The notes below the pieces were generated by a model. That model saw only the letters and a program-made list of their open reading frames with translations. It was not told where the DNA came from and did not search any database. Positions 21,300-31,391 of a stretch of DNA of 64,000 nt are shown here, piece by piece. The position numbers and the translations under genes are program-made. Positions within the stretch are counted from its first letter, which is position 1. Every line of letters starts with the position of its first letter. This stretch comes from an uncultured Methanobacteriaceae archaeon (GTDB taxonomy: Archaea; Methanobacteriota; Methanobacteria; Methanobacteriales; Methanobacteriaceae), in NCBI GenBank assembly GCA_964399835.1, contig CAYNSJ010000001.1:25132-89131 (forward strand), read 5' to 3'.

Positions 21300-22742
21300 A
21301 TGAGTACGATTACTGAAAAAAATAATCAATTGGAATTTACAAAATCTAGAGATCAAATGGATCAATTGTTATTAAAAGCTAAAGAAAAAATATTAGAAGC
21401 TGAAGATATAACCATATATACTCATACAGATTGTGATGGTATAACTGCAGGTAGTATTCTTTCTTCAATAATGGATAAATTAGAAATATCTCATACAGTT
21501 GATTTTGTTGATATTAATGAGGTTCCTGATCTTACAAGTGACACTGATCTTACAATATTTTCAGATCTTGGTTCTGGACAGGATATAACTAATGTATCTA
21601 AAAATAGTAATTCTTCAACTATAGTTTTAGATCATCATCCACCTATAAGAAAATTAGATTATTCCATGAATAATAATTTAATTGAAATTAATCCTAATTA
21701 TTATGGATGGGATGGATCTTATACTATTTCTGGTGGTGGATTATCTTATTTACTTGCTAAAACATTTTATTTTTATGATCTGAGTTGGATGGGAATATTA
21801 AGTGCTATTGGTGATATGCAAAATAGTATGACTGGTTGTTTAAGAGGATTAAATACTGAAATCTTAAGTGATAGTAAAGAAGTAGGTAGTGTGGATTCAA
21901 ATCAAGATCTTATATTGTATGGACGTCATACTAGACCATTATTTACAGCATTATCTTATTTTGGTGATGTGCATTTACCATTAACAAATAATCGTAATGA
22001 ATGTATAATGTTTCTTGAAAACTTAGATATACCTGTAAAAAATAATCTTGGAAATGTAAGATATCTATGTGATTTATCTATGGATGAAAAAGGTCGTTTA
22101 TTTAATGAATTGCTTAAAATGATGACTCGTGAAGTACCTGATCGTTATGTTAAATATGTACCAAAACTTATATCTGGTGAAACATATGAATTTACCTTTG
22201 AAGATGAGTACACTACATATAAAGATGCTAGTGAATATAGTACAGTTATAAATGCATGTGGTCGTAATAATCGACCTGAATTAGGTATGGAAGTTATAAA
22301 AGGTAATAGAGACTTAATAAATGATGAATTAACAACACTTGTAAAAGGACATAAAAGGTATTTAGCTGAAAATATGAATCGTGTTGAATCAGAAGGATCT
22401 GTTGAAATTTTAGATAATATTCAGTATTTTGATGGTACAGGTATTAAAGCTAGTGTAGTAGGTACTATAGCAGGGATGTTACTTAGTAATTATGATTGGC
22501 AAAAACCTATCATTGGATATACTCATATCGACAGTGATACTCCAGGTTATAAAGTTTCATTACGTTGTTCTAAACTATTAGGATATGATGGTATACATTT
22601 TGGTAATCTTGTACGTGATATCTCATCAAAATGTGGAGGATCTGGTGGAGGACATAGTGTAGCATGTGGAGCATATATTCCTGAAGAAAATATTGATAAA
22701 TTTATTCAAACATTGAATAATTCAATTAAACTTAACAATTAA
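21300..22742 (+). CDS. DHH-family phosphoesterase, archaeal RecJ/GAN(Cdc45)-like nuclease
   Basis: 480 aa. The DHH motifs are HTDCDGITAG, FSDLGSG, LDHH and GGGHSVACGA (DHHA1-like). Confidence 0.75.
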   Translation: MSTITEKNNQLEFTKSRDQMDQLLLKAKEKILEAEDITIYTHTDCDGITAGSILSSIMDKLEISHTVDFVDINEVPDLTSDTDLTIFSDLGSGQDITNVSKNSNSSTIVLDHHPPIRKLDYSMNNNLIEINPNYYGWDGSYTISGGGLSYLLAKTFYFYDLSWMGILSAIGDMQNSMTGCLRGLNTEILSDSKEVGSVDSNQDLILYGRHTRPLFTALSYFGDVHLPLTNNRNECIMFLENLDIPVKNNLGNVRYLCDLSMDEKGRLFNELLKMMTREVPDRYVKYVPKLISGETYEFTFEDEYTTYKDASEYSTVINACGRNNRPELGMEVIKGNRDLINDELTTLVKGHKRYLAENMNRVESEGSVEILDNIQYFDGTGIKASVVGTIAGMLLSNYDWQKPIIGYTHIDSDTPGYKVSLRCSKLLGYDGIHFGNLVRDISSKCGGSGGGHSVACGAYIPEENIDKFIQTLNNSIKLNN

Positions 22743-22971
22743 ATAAAATATTATTTCTTATTTTTTTCAAATAAGAATTTTATTAATCTTTAAACGATTA
22801 AAATTAGCTTTTTTAAGTTATTAATCATAAAATTAATTAAAGATTATTTTATTTAATATTGTAAACATTTAAATAAATAATTAATAAAATATATTTACTA
22901 GAGATAAAAACAAGTAAATTTGATATATTATTGTGATATTATATACGAACTAATGAGGAGATAAATATATT

Positions 22972-23763
22972 ATGCGAATTTTTAAAAATAAAGGAGAATT
23001 TACTAAATTCCAAATTCTTGCAAAAATTGCACAGCAACAACCACATCTTAAACAAAAAGATATAGCTGATGAATTAGGTATAACTGTACAAGCAGTATCA
23101 GAAAACATAAAATCATTAGTAAAAGAAGGTTATGTTGAAACTGGAAGTTCAACATTTAGATATAAAATTACTAAAGATGGTATAGACAAGGTTAAAACAG
23201 AAGCAGTTAACCTTAAATCCTATTCTGACATGGTACTAGATACTATGAATGGTTATAAATCAATATGGCCAGCAATTGCAGCAGAAGATTTACATCAAGG
23301 TGAACAAGTTTGGTTAAATATAGAAGATGGAATATTATATGCCGATACAGAAGATAAATCAAGTGCATATGCTGAAGTATTTGCTGATGCATTAGAAGGT
23401 GAAGATGTAACACTTATTAATTTAGGTGGAGAAATTGAATTAGTGCCTAAAGATGTAGTCGTAGTTAAAATCCCACCAATAGCTGAAGGTGGATCAAAAG
23501 CATGTGATATGGATAAAATCCAAGAAATATACAGTCAAGAATTTGATAGAATTGGTGTAATGGGTACAAGTTCAAGAGCAATAACTAATTTCTTAGATGT
23601 TTATCCTGACTTTGAATTTGCTACTGCAGAAGCTACATGTAATGCAGCAGAAAAAGGATTAAGAGTATTAGTATTTGCAGTAGGTAAAATGACTAATCGT
23701 ATAAGTCAAAAATTAGAAGAAAAAGGTATAGTATATTGTATTGAAGATGTTAAAAAATCATAA
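22972..23763 (+). CDS. Winged-helix transcriptional regulator with uncharacterised C-terminal domain
   Basis: 263 aa. The N-terminus [43 protein letters not shown] is a MarR/ArsR-like wHTH. The C-terminal ~180 aa are not recognised. Confidence 0.6.
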   Translation: MRIFKNKGEFTKFQILAKIAQQQPHLKQKDIADELGITVQAVSENIKSLVKEGYVETGSSTFRYKITKDGIDKVKTEAVNLKSYSDMVLDTMNGYKSIWPAIAAEDLHQGEQVWLNIEDGILYADTEDKSSAYAEVFADALEGEDVTLINLGGEIELVPKDVVVVKIPPIAEGGSKACDMDKIQEIYSQEFDRIGVMGTSSRAITNFLDVYPDFEFATAEATCNAAEKGLRVLVFAVGKMTNRISQKLEEKGIVYCIEDVKKS

Positions 23764-23910
23764 GATTTTTGATAATCATTTTCATCTTCCTCTCCTATCA
23801 TTTAAATTTTTTTTAGGTTATTTTAATTTCAATATTATTATTTATTAATGCACAAAAAATTTAAAAAAAGAATTGTTTTTTTGTTTATTTATATGTATTA
23901 CTTTAAAAAA

Positions 23911-24795
23911 CTATTTTTTGTTATATTTAATACCTGTTGTATTGATTTTAGTAATAATACAATTGTCAATACTTGTATCTGGAGTATATGATAATGCAAA
24001 TGCTGTATTTCCTAACATAGCCATTGATGCACCTATTGTCTCTTCATTAAGTATAGTGATTATTTCGTTGAGTTCAGAATCTACAAGTTCTGTTTGTTGA
24101 GCAAACTGCCAAGATAATTTTATAAAATTTGAAACATTAGGATTCTTTAATAAACGATTAAGTAATTTATTACCACTAGTATTAATTTTGTTTTTATGAA
24201 TTGGATCATCAATAATATTACTAGTACTCAATAAACCAATTGTTTTTGTAATAACATATATAGGTCTATTTAATTGAATTTTATCAATAATACCAAAACA
24301 TGGAGAACCTTCATGTAATCGTAGTACACAACCTCCATAAACTTCTGATATTACATCACCTAATCCACTTGATTGTGAGATTTCAGCACGATGAGCAATA
24401 TCACCAGCAACACTATATGTAATGTTAATACCTAATAAATAAGGTAATGTAAAACTAATACCTAAAGAAAAACTAGCACTAGTACCAAAACCTGCCCCAA
24501 TAGGTAAATTAGTATCATGGTTAATAAAAATATCATATTTTGATAAATCAATATTAAATTCTTTAGAAATTAATAGTACTGTAACTTTACTAATAGTATT
24601 TAATTTATCTTCTTTTCCATTTACTGTAATAATTAATTTTCCTGTTCCAGGTTTAACTTTTGTCTCTGTTACAACGCCTTCATCTAATGTAATACCTGCA
24701 CCACGTGACCCTTTTAATGAAGGATCTTTATTGTCAATGATTTCAAAAAATCCAGTAATATGTCCAGGTACAAAAATACTTAGTTTATTAATCAT
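23911..24795 (-). CDS. GHMP-family kinase, pantoate kinase-like (archaeal CoA pathway)
   Basis: 294 aa. The FVPGHITGFFEI N-terminus and the GHMP motif LPIGAGFGTSAS resemble the COG1829 pantoate kinase family. Confidence 0.65.
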   Translation of the reverse strand: MINKLSIFVPGHITGFFEIIDNKDPSLKGSRGAGITLDEGVVTETKVKPGTGKLIITVNGKEDKLNTISKVTVLLISKEFNIDLSKYDIFINHDTNLPIGAGFGTSASFSLGISFTLPYLLGINITYSVAGDIAHRAEISQSSGLGDVISEVYGGCVLRLHEGSPCFGIIDKIQLNRPIYVITKTIGLLSTSNIIDDPIHKNKINTSGNKLLNRLLKNPNVSNFIKLSWQFAQQTELVDSELNEIITILNEETIGASMAMLGNTAFALSYTPDTSIDNCIITKINTTGIKYNKK

Positions 24796-24908
24796 GTAAT
24801 TATTTATATTATTTCACATTCATAAATTAAATTATAATAAGTAAAAATAATTAAAAAAAATATCAACAAAAAATTATTATAAATTATTACCGAGGAGTTA
24901 AAAAAATA

Positions 24909-25580
24909 ATGGCAGAGAATAAAAGAATAGATTTACATATGCATAGCTTATTTAGTGATGGTGAATTATTACCTTCTGAAATGGCAAGACGTGCAGATGT
25001 ATTAGGTCATAAAGCAATAGCAATAACAGATCATGTAGATTCATCAAATATTGAAATAGCTTCAAAAATAGCAGAAACAGTCAATGATATAAGAGACAAT
25101 TGGGATATAGAAGTAATTCCGGGAGTAGAAATAACTCATGTTCCTATAGAAATTATAGATAAATTAGCTAATAAAGCTAGAAATTATGGTGCAGAAATAA
25201 TTGTAGTTCATGGTGAAACAATAGTAGAACCTGTAAGGCCAGGAACAAATCTTAAATCTGCAGAATGTCCTGAAGTTGATGTTTTAGGACATCCAGGATT
25301 AATAACTCCTGATGAGGTGCAAAAAGCTATTGATAATGATGTAGCATTAGAAATAAGTGCAAGAAAAGGACATTGTTTAGGAAATGGTCATGTAGCAAAA
25401 TTAGGATTAGAATTAGGAGCAACATTAGTTCTTGATACAGATACTCATGCACCTGAAGATATGATAAATTATGAACTAGCTGAAAGAATTGCTAGAGGTG
25501 CTGAGATACCAGAAAAAGAAATTGAAAAAGTATTAAAAGACAATCCTGAAAGAATTCTTAAGAAAAAAGGTATTTTATAG
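24909..25580 (+). CDS. PHP-domain metal-dependent phosphoesterase
   Basis: 223 aa. [16 protein letters not shown] and later HG/H and DTDTH histidine/aspartate clusters are typical of the PHP fold. Confidence 0.75.
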   Translation: MAENKRIDLHMHSLFSDGELLPSEMARRADVLGHKAIAITDHVDSSNIEIASKIAETVNDIRDNWDIEVIPGVEITHVPIEIIDKLANKARNYGAEIIVVHGETIVEPVRPGTNLKSAECPEVDVLGHPGLITPDEVQKAIDNDVALEISARKGHCLGNGHVAKLGLELGATLVLDTDTHAPEDMINYELAERIARGAEIPEKEIEKVLKDNPERILKKKGIL

Positions 25581-25616
25581 ATAAATTATTATCTATTTTA
25601 TTTTTTTTTATGAAAC

Positions 25617-26267
25617 TTAATATTTAACACTATACTCTAATACAATATCTTCATTAAGAGTATAAAAATTATCTAATTTTAAACTAATACAATTATTTAT
25701 ATTAAATCCATCACCATCTACAAATGTATTTGAGTGTTTACCACCTAAAATCATAGGTCCAATACATATAGATACTTTATCAATTAATTCATAGTTAAAC
25801 ATAGAATAGTTAAGTGTAGCCCCACCTTCAAGTAGTATTGTTTTAATACCTTTATTATACAATATATTCATTAAATTTACTAAATCAACTTTATCTTCTC
25901 CAGAAACTATTATTTCACATTTATCATTTAGTTTTTTTATATTATTTATTGGAGCTTTTTTAGAAACGGCAATGATTGTATGGGCATTACTATCTAAACA
26001 ACGAGAATCACAAGGAGTACGTGCACGACTATCTATAATTATTCTTACAGGATTATCTTTTTTATTTGCATTAATTTTATGAACAGTTAATCTAGGATCA
26101 TCTGTTAAAATAGTATTAATACCAACCATTATAGCATCAGATTCTTTTCTTATTTTATGTACACGTTCTAAATCTTTTTGATTAGAAATATTCATATTTC
26201 CTTTTTCTGGAGCAATTTTACCATCTACTGTCATAGCAGCATTTAATAAAACAAAAGGTTTATTCAT
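25617..26267 (-). CDS. 2,5-diamino-6-(ribosylamino)-4(3H)-pyrimidinone 5'-phosphate reductase (RibD C-terminal-type, archaeal ArfC-like)
   Basis: PFVLLNAAMTVDGKIA, DAIMVGINTILTDDPRLT and ILLEGGATLN are present. I chose the ATG at 26267, preceded by GGAGTGA, rather than the track start at 26288. Confidence 0.8.
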   Translation of the reverse strand: MNKPFVLLNAAMTVDGKIAPEKGNMNISNQKDLERVHKIRKESDAIMVGINTILTDDPRLTVHKINANKKDNPVRIIIDSRARTPCDSRCLDSNAHTIIAVSKKAPINNIKKLNDKCEIIVSGEDKVDLVNLMNILYNKGIKTILLEGGATLNYSMFNYELIDKVSICIGPMILGGKHSNTFVDGDGFNINNCISLKLDNFYTLNEDIVLEYSVKY

Positions 26268-26280
26268 ATTATCACTCCAT

Positions 26281-26661
26281 CTAATCATAGTTTAATTTAA
26301 GATTTCTTAATGTATTAACTATTTTTTCTCCATTACGTACTGCATTTATTAAAACTTCTTTAAATCCTTCAATTATATAATTATCATGTTTAATAATCCA
26401 TAAAATCAAGTCAGGATTGTTTGTTAATGATAAATCTTCAAATAATATTTCTTCGGGATTATCTTCTGTAGAAATAGAAAGATGTTTTTCTCCATTAATT
26501 TCTCTCACGTGAATTGTAAAAATAGTTTCATCTTTTATACTAAAATAATCATTTGGTTCGGCAATATCTTGTACAGATTTTTCAATTTCTAAAAGATCTG
26601 ATTTTATTTTAGTTTCATATTCTTTTCTTTTTTGTATATAAAGTTTTATCATATCATCCAT
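26281..26661 (-). CDS. Hypothetical protein
   Basis: 126-aa ORF in the same orientation as, and packed against, its neighbours. No motif recognised. Confidence 0.4.
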   Translation of the reverse strand: MDDMIKLYIQKRKEYETKIKSDLLEIEKSVQDIAEPNDYFSIKDETIFTIHVREINGEKHLSISTEDNPEEILFEDLSLTNNPDLILWIIKHDNYIIEGFKEVLINAVRNGEKIVNTLRNLKLNYD

Positions 26662-26769
26662 ATTTTATGCCTCATAGTTTTTTTTATAATTAATGATTAA
26701 TTGATTTTTAAATATAATAAATATTAAAAAAAAGTTTATTGAAGAAAGTATAAAAGTAATTAGAATTGG

Positions 26770-27528
26770 TTATAAATTAAATACTGTTTTAGCATTTTTT
26801 TCTGTTTCATATTCAATTTCATCAAAATCTATATTTTTGGTTCTTTCGATACGTTCTATAGTTTGTCTTATATTTTTAGGTTGATTATTTTCATCTTTTA
26901 TAGGTGATAAATAAGGACTATCTGTTTCTGTAAGCATGTTACTAAGTGGTACTTTTTTTATATTTTTCTTATGCTTTTTAGATCTTATAGAATTTGTTGC
27001 AAATGAAATATAATATCCATAATCTACTGCTTCAAGTGCTGTTTCTTTATCTCCACTAAAACAGTGAAATACAACATTAGGAATTTCAGTATATTTTTTA
27101 ACAACATTTAACCCTTGTTTTTCAGCATCACGCACATGTAATAATATAGGCATATCATATTCTGTTGCAACAGTTAATAATCGTTCAAATATGGCATGTT
27201 GTCTTTTAAGATCTTGTTCAGAACGTTCTTCTGAGAAATCTAATCCAATTTCACCAATTGCTTGTATGTTATCAAGATTATCAATGATCTGATTTATTGT
27301 TTTATCTATAGTTTCTTTATTATCTGTCATTGTATATACAGGATGGTAACCCATAGTAGTTTTAATAAATCCTTTATGTTTTTTAGTTAGTTCCAATGAT
27401 TTTTCATTACTTTTATAATCTGCTCCAGAGTCTATAATATACTTAAATTCTTCTTTACTATTTTTAATTATATCTTCTCTTGTATCATCAAACTCTGGGA
27501 AATTTAAATGACAATGCACATCTATCAA
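26770..27528 (-). CDS. tatD: TatD-family metal-dependent hydrolase
   Basis: 252 aa with IDVHCHL, GEIGLDF, LHVRDA, FHCFSG and TDSPYL. Confidence 0.85.
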   Translation of the reverse strand: MIDVHCHLNFPEFDDTREDIIKNSKEEFKYIIDSGADYKSNEKSLELTKKHKGFIKTTMGYHPVYTMTDNKETIDKTINQIIDNLDNIQAIGEIGLDFSEERSEQDLKRQHAIFERLLTVATEYDMPILLHVRDAEKQGLNVVKKYTEIPNVVFHCFSGDKETALEAVDYGYYISFATNSIRSKKHKKNIKKVPLSNMLTETDSPYLSPIKDENNQPKNIRQTIERIERTKNIDFDEIEYETEKNAKTVFNL

Positions 27529-27548
27529 TATTATACCTCCATAATATT

Positions 27549-28316
27549 TTATTTTCCAAATCTTCGTTGACGTTCAGTATATGATCGAATTGCTCTTAAA
27601 AAATCAACTTTTCTTAATTCTGGCCATAAACTATCAGTAAAGTATAATTCAGAGTATGATGATTGCCATAATAGAAATCCACTTAAACGTTCTTCTCCAC
27701 TAGTTCTTATTACTAAATTAGGATCGTCTAAACCTTTTGTATATAAATTTTCATTAATTAAATCTTCATTAATATCTTCTGGTTGAAGTTTTCCTTCTTT
27801 AACTTCTTTAGCTAGTTTTCTAAATGCATCCACAATTTCTATTCTGCCATCGTATCCCATTGCTATATTTACTAATCTTTTATCATAGTTTTCTGTTGAT
27901 TTTTCTGCTTCTTTGATAGCTTTTCGAACATTTTCGGGGAATAAATCTAATTTTCCAACAGCTTTTAATTTCACGTGGTTTTTGTGTATTTTTTCATTTG
28001 TACTTATGCTTTTAAAACTGTCTACAAATAAATTCATTAGATCTTTTACTTCTTCATCTGATCTTTTAAAATTTTCTGTTGAAAAAGCATATACTGTAAC
28101 TATATCTATACCTAAATCTATACACCATTCTAACACATTTTCTAACGTATCTACACCACGTTTATGTCCTTCTATAGGGTTCATATTTCCTTGTATTTTA
28201 GAATAACGTCTATTTCCATCCATGATTATTGCTACGTGTTTTGGCATGTTCTTTTTGTCAAGTCCTTTTGAGATATACCATTCATAAATGGAATATAATG
28301 GTTGTAGTAATGTCAT
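27549..28316 (-). CDS. uppS: cis-Prenyltransferase (undecaprenyl-diphosphate synthase family)
   Basis: 255 aa with [44 protein letters not shown] and RRFG. Confidence 0.92.
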   Translation of the reverse strand: MTLLQPLYSIYEWYISKGLDKKNMPKHVAIIMDGNRRYSKIQGNMNPIEGHKRGVDTLENVLEWCIDLGIDIVTVYAFSTENFKRSDEEVKDLMNLFVDSFKSISTNEKIHKNHVKLKAVGKLDLFPENVRKAIKEAEKSTENYDKRLVNIAMGYDGRIEIVDAFRKLAKEVKEGKLQPEDINEDLINENLYTKGLDDPNLVIRTSGEERLSGFLLWQSSYSELYFTDSLWPELRKVDFLRAIRSYTERQRRFGK

Positions 28317-28406
28317 TTTTTTAGATCCCCTATAACTATATTATAGTATATGTCCTTTATTATATATTAAAAGAATTAATTTAGTATATACACTAAATTT
28401 ACGATG

Positions 28407-29114
28407 TTATAATATTTTTTTATTTTTTGATTCAATAATATTTACCACTAAGTTTAAAGAGTTAATATATCCTTCTACACTTTGTGATCTGGAAGTATCA
28501 ATGAATATGTTTGGTTGTTTTAAAGTTATAGCACCATAACTTTTAACTCCAGCTACTAATACTAAACTTCTAAATATTATGTTTCCAATTATTCCATCTG
28601 GTGCTATTATTATGTTTCTATGATCTTTCAATGCTTCTTCTATTAATATATAATAATGTTTTACATTATATTTATCTTTTAAATCACTTACTACTTGTTC
28701 ACATTCTTCAATTGAACGATCTATCTTAACACTTCTGCCTTTGTCCTGTTTTCTTCCACCTGAAATCAATGCGATTTTAGGTTCATGATTACTTTTTTTT
28801 ACAATATCTGAGCATTCAGCAATTATAGTTTCTTTTGCTTTTACTGTATCACATTCATCAATTCCAACAGGAGCTAACATAAATTTAAATCCGTCTTTTT
28901 CTAGTATAGATGCACGGAATATGTGAGGATAGTCTTTTTTTAAATCTAATATGATATTAGATTCTAATGATCCACGTACTACACCATCAATATTTGGATC
29001 ATTAATATAATTCAATAGTTCTTCATTAGACTGTGCTATTACTACATCATACGGAACTTTTTCAACAGCTTTTAATACATTTTTGTTTTGACCTAATCCT
29101 ATTGCTATTTTCAT
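28407..29114 (-). CDS. PTA/PTB-fold protein, MtxX / methanogenesis-marker-4-like
   Basis: 235 aa. The overall pattern (MKIAIGLG ... DGVVRGS ... PDGIIGNIIFRSL) resembles phosphotransacetylase-like MtxX family members restricted to methanogens. This is an assignment by eye only. Confidence 0.5.
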   Translation of the reverse strand: MKIAIGLGQNKNVLKAVEKVPYDVVIAQSNEELLNYINDPNIDGVVRGSLESNIILDLKKDYPHIFRASILEKDGFKFMLAPVGIDECDTVKAKETIIAECSDIVKKSNHEPKIALISGGRKQDKGRSVKIDRSIEECEQVVSDLKDKYNVKHYYILIEEALKDHRNIIIAPDGIIGNIIFRSLVLVAGVKSYGAITLKQPNIFIDTSRSQSVEGYINSLNLVVNIIESKNKKIL

Positions 29115-29203
29115 AAGTAAAAAACCTATTATTATTAATTTTTTAAAAGTAGTATTAATATTATATAATTTTATAAATTTAAAAAAGATAAAAGAATGAA
29201 TAT

Positions 29204-30478
29204 TTATTCATCTTTTGCAGCTTTCAATGCATTTTCGACAGCAGTCATGGTATTATCAATATCTAATTTGCTATGTCTATTTGATAAGAAACAACATTCA
29301 AATTGTGAAGGGGCCATGAATACACCTTCATTTAATAAAGAATTATAATATTTTGTAAATAGTTCTGTATCTGCTGTTTTAGCTGATGTAGCATCAATTA
29401 CAGGTTCTTTTGTAAAGTATAATTGAGACATAGTTCCAATACCATTCATAGTAAAGTCTATATCTAATTTTCCAATTATATTTATAATTTCTTCTCTCAT
29501 ATATTCAGCTCTAACTGCCATTTGTTTGTAGAAATTATCATTTAATTGTTCGAGAGTTGCTATACCAGCTGTAACTGATACTGGATTTCCACTATATGTT
29601 CCTGCTTGGTATACATCACCGCTTGGAGCAATTCTTTCCATATACTCTTTTTTTCCAGTAAATGCTGCTATTGGGAATCCTCCACCTATTATTTTACCAA
29701 AAGTGGTTAAGTCAGGTGTAACTCCAAAGTATTCCTGAGCTCCTCCTTTAGCTAATCTAAATCCAGTTATTACTTCATCAAAGATTAATAAAATACCATT
29801 TTCTTCTGTAATTTCACGTAAAAATTCAAGGAACCCTTCTTGTGGTGGTATACAACCAATATTTCCCATTACAGGTTCCATAATAATACAAGCAATTTCA
29901 CCCTTATTATCTTTAATTACTTTTCTTACAGCATCGGGATCATTAAATGGTATTACTAATGTATTTTCAGTTGCTCCTTCTGGAACTCCTGGAGAATCAG
30001 GTTTTCCTACAGCTCCAGATCCTGATTTTACAAGTACTGCATCATGAGCACCATGATAAGATCCATCAAATTTGATTATTTTATTAACCCCAGTTACAGC
30101 ACGAGCTAATCTTATTGCACTCATAGTTGATTCAGTTCCTGTATTTGTAAATCTAACCATGTCAGCACATGGAACTCTTTTAACTACTTCTTTGGCTAAT
30201 ATTAATTCTTTTTCTGAAGGAGTTCCGTATAAAGTTCCGTAAGGTAACTGTTTGTTAACGGCTTCAAGTATTTGTCTATTTGAATGACCTAATACTAAGG
30301 GTCCATAACCTAAACAATAGTCGATGTATGAATTACCATCAACATCATATAATTTAGATCCTTCAGCACGTTTTACAAAGAATGGGTAGGGTTTAAAAGC
30401 TCTTACTGGAGAATCAACTCCTCCGGGTAAATACTGTTTTGCTTCTTCAAATAATTCTTTTGATTTTTCATGATTCAT
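29204..30478 (-). CDS. hemL: Glutamate-1-semialdehyde 2,1-aminomutase
   Basis: 424 aa with [33 protein letters not shown] and [11 protein letters not shown] (PLP lysine). Confidence 0.95.
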   Translation of the reverse strand: MNHEKSKELFEEAKQYLPGGVDSPVRAFKPYPFFVKRAEGSKLYDVDGNSYIDYCLGYGPLVLGHSNRQILEAVNKQLPYGTLYGTPSEKELILAKEVVKRVPCADMVRFTNTGTESTMSAIRLARAVTGVNKIIKFDGSYHGAHDAVLVKSGSGAVGKPDSPGVPEGATENTLVIPFNDPDAVRKVIKDNKGEIACIIMEPVMGNIGCIPPQEGFLEFLREITEENGILLIFDEVITGFRLAKGGAQEYFGVTPDLTTFGKIIGGGFPIAAFTGKKEYMERIAPSGDVYQAGTYSGNPVSVTAGIATLEQLNDNFYKQMAVRAEYMREEIINIIGKLDIDFTMNGIGTMSQLYFTKEPVIDATSAKTADTELFTKYYNSLLNEGVFMAPSQFECCFLSNRHSKLDIDNTMTAVENALKAAKDE

Positions 30479-30508
30479 GAGATGTATACTCCTATATTTT
30501 CTATTATT

Positions 30509-31135
30509 TTAATTTTTTCTAATATTTAAAAGAGAATTTACTACTGCAACAGCTATAGGTGTTCCTCCTTTAGGTCCTGTTGTAATTACATGAGGAATTT
30601 CAGTTTTAGATAATGCTTCTTTAGATTCTGCAGCTCCTACAAATCCTACTGGTACACCTACAACAGCTTTAGCATTCATTTTTCCTTCTTCAACAAGTTT
30701 AATTACTTCAAATAATGCTGTTGGTGCGTTACCTATTGCTACAATACCTTCAAAACCATTTTCTGCAGCAACTCTCATAGCAGCTGCTGAACGAGTAATT
30801 TCCTCTTTTTTAGCTAATTTAATTGCTTGTTCATCTCTTATATAACAAGATACATTTCCTTCATATCGAGTAATACCTGCTTTAACCATATTTATATCAG
30901 TTAAAATATCTTCTTTTCTATCAAAACATCCTAAAGCAGTTTCAACAAAATTTGAACTAATTTTTACAAGTTTAGCATATTCTGGATCTGCAGTAGAGTG
31001 AACTACACGTTCTACAATATCTTTTTCTTCATAAGATAAATTTTTAGTATCATCATCAATAAGTGATTTGATAATTTCTCTACTTTTATTTGCAATATCA
31101 TATCCTGGTTTAGTTGAGGCACCCATATTATACAT
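30509..31135 (-). CDS. cbiC: Cobalt-precorrin-8 methylmutase
   Basis: 208 aa with VHSTADPEY, AIGNAPTAL and VGVPVGFVGAAESK. Confidence 0.85.
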   Translation of the reverse strand: MYNMGASTKPGYDIANKSREIIKSLIDDDTKNLSYEEKDIVERVVHSTADPEYAKLVKISSNFVETALGCFDRKEDILTDINMVKAGITRYEGNVSCYIRDEQAIKLAKKEEITRSAAAMRVAAENGFEGIVAIGNAPTALFEVIKLVEEGKMNAKAVVGVPVGFVGAAESKEALSKTEIPHVITTGPKGGTPIAVAVVNSLLNIRKN

Positions 31136-31391
31136 AATTATTTCACTTCATTTCTTTGTATTTTTTAGTTTTTTTTTAAATTTTTTTTTTAGTAAATATA
31201 AATTAATAGATTAAATATAATCCACTTAAATTTTATTTATAATTATTTTATTTTATTATATTAAAATTATGTTTTACATATAATATAATACAATCTCAAA
31301 TATTAACATAAGTAAATTAAATGAATATTGAAAAATAAATATAATACTAAAAAAGATAACAAAAAACATAAACAAAACATTCTTTGATAAA

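Noticed and set aside
23873-24100. 75-aa plus-strand ORF overlapping the 3' end of the pantoate-kinase-like gene
   Set aside because: It is antisense to a GHMP-kinase gene with clear motifs, and its hydrophobic low-complexity translation is typical of shadow frames.
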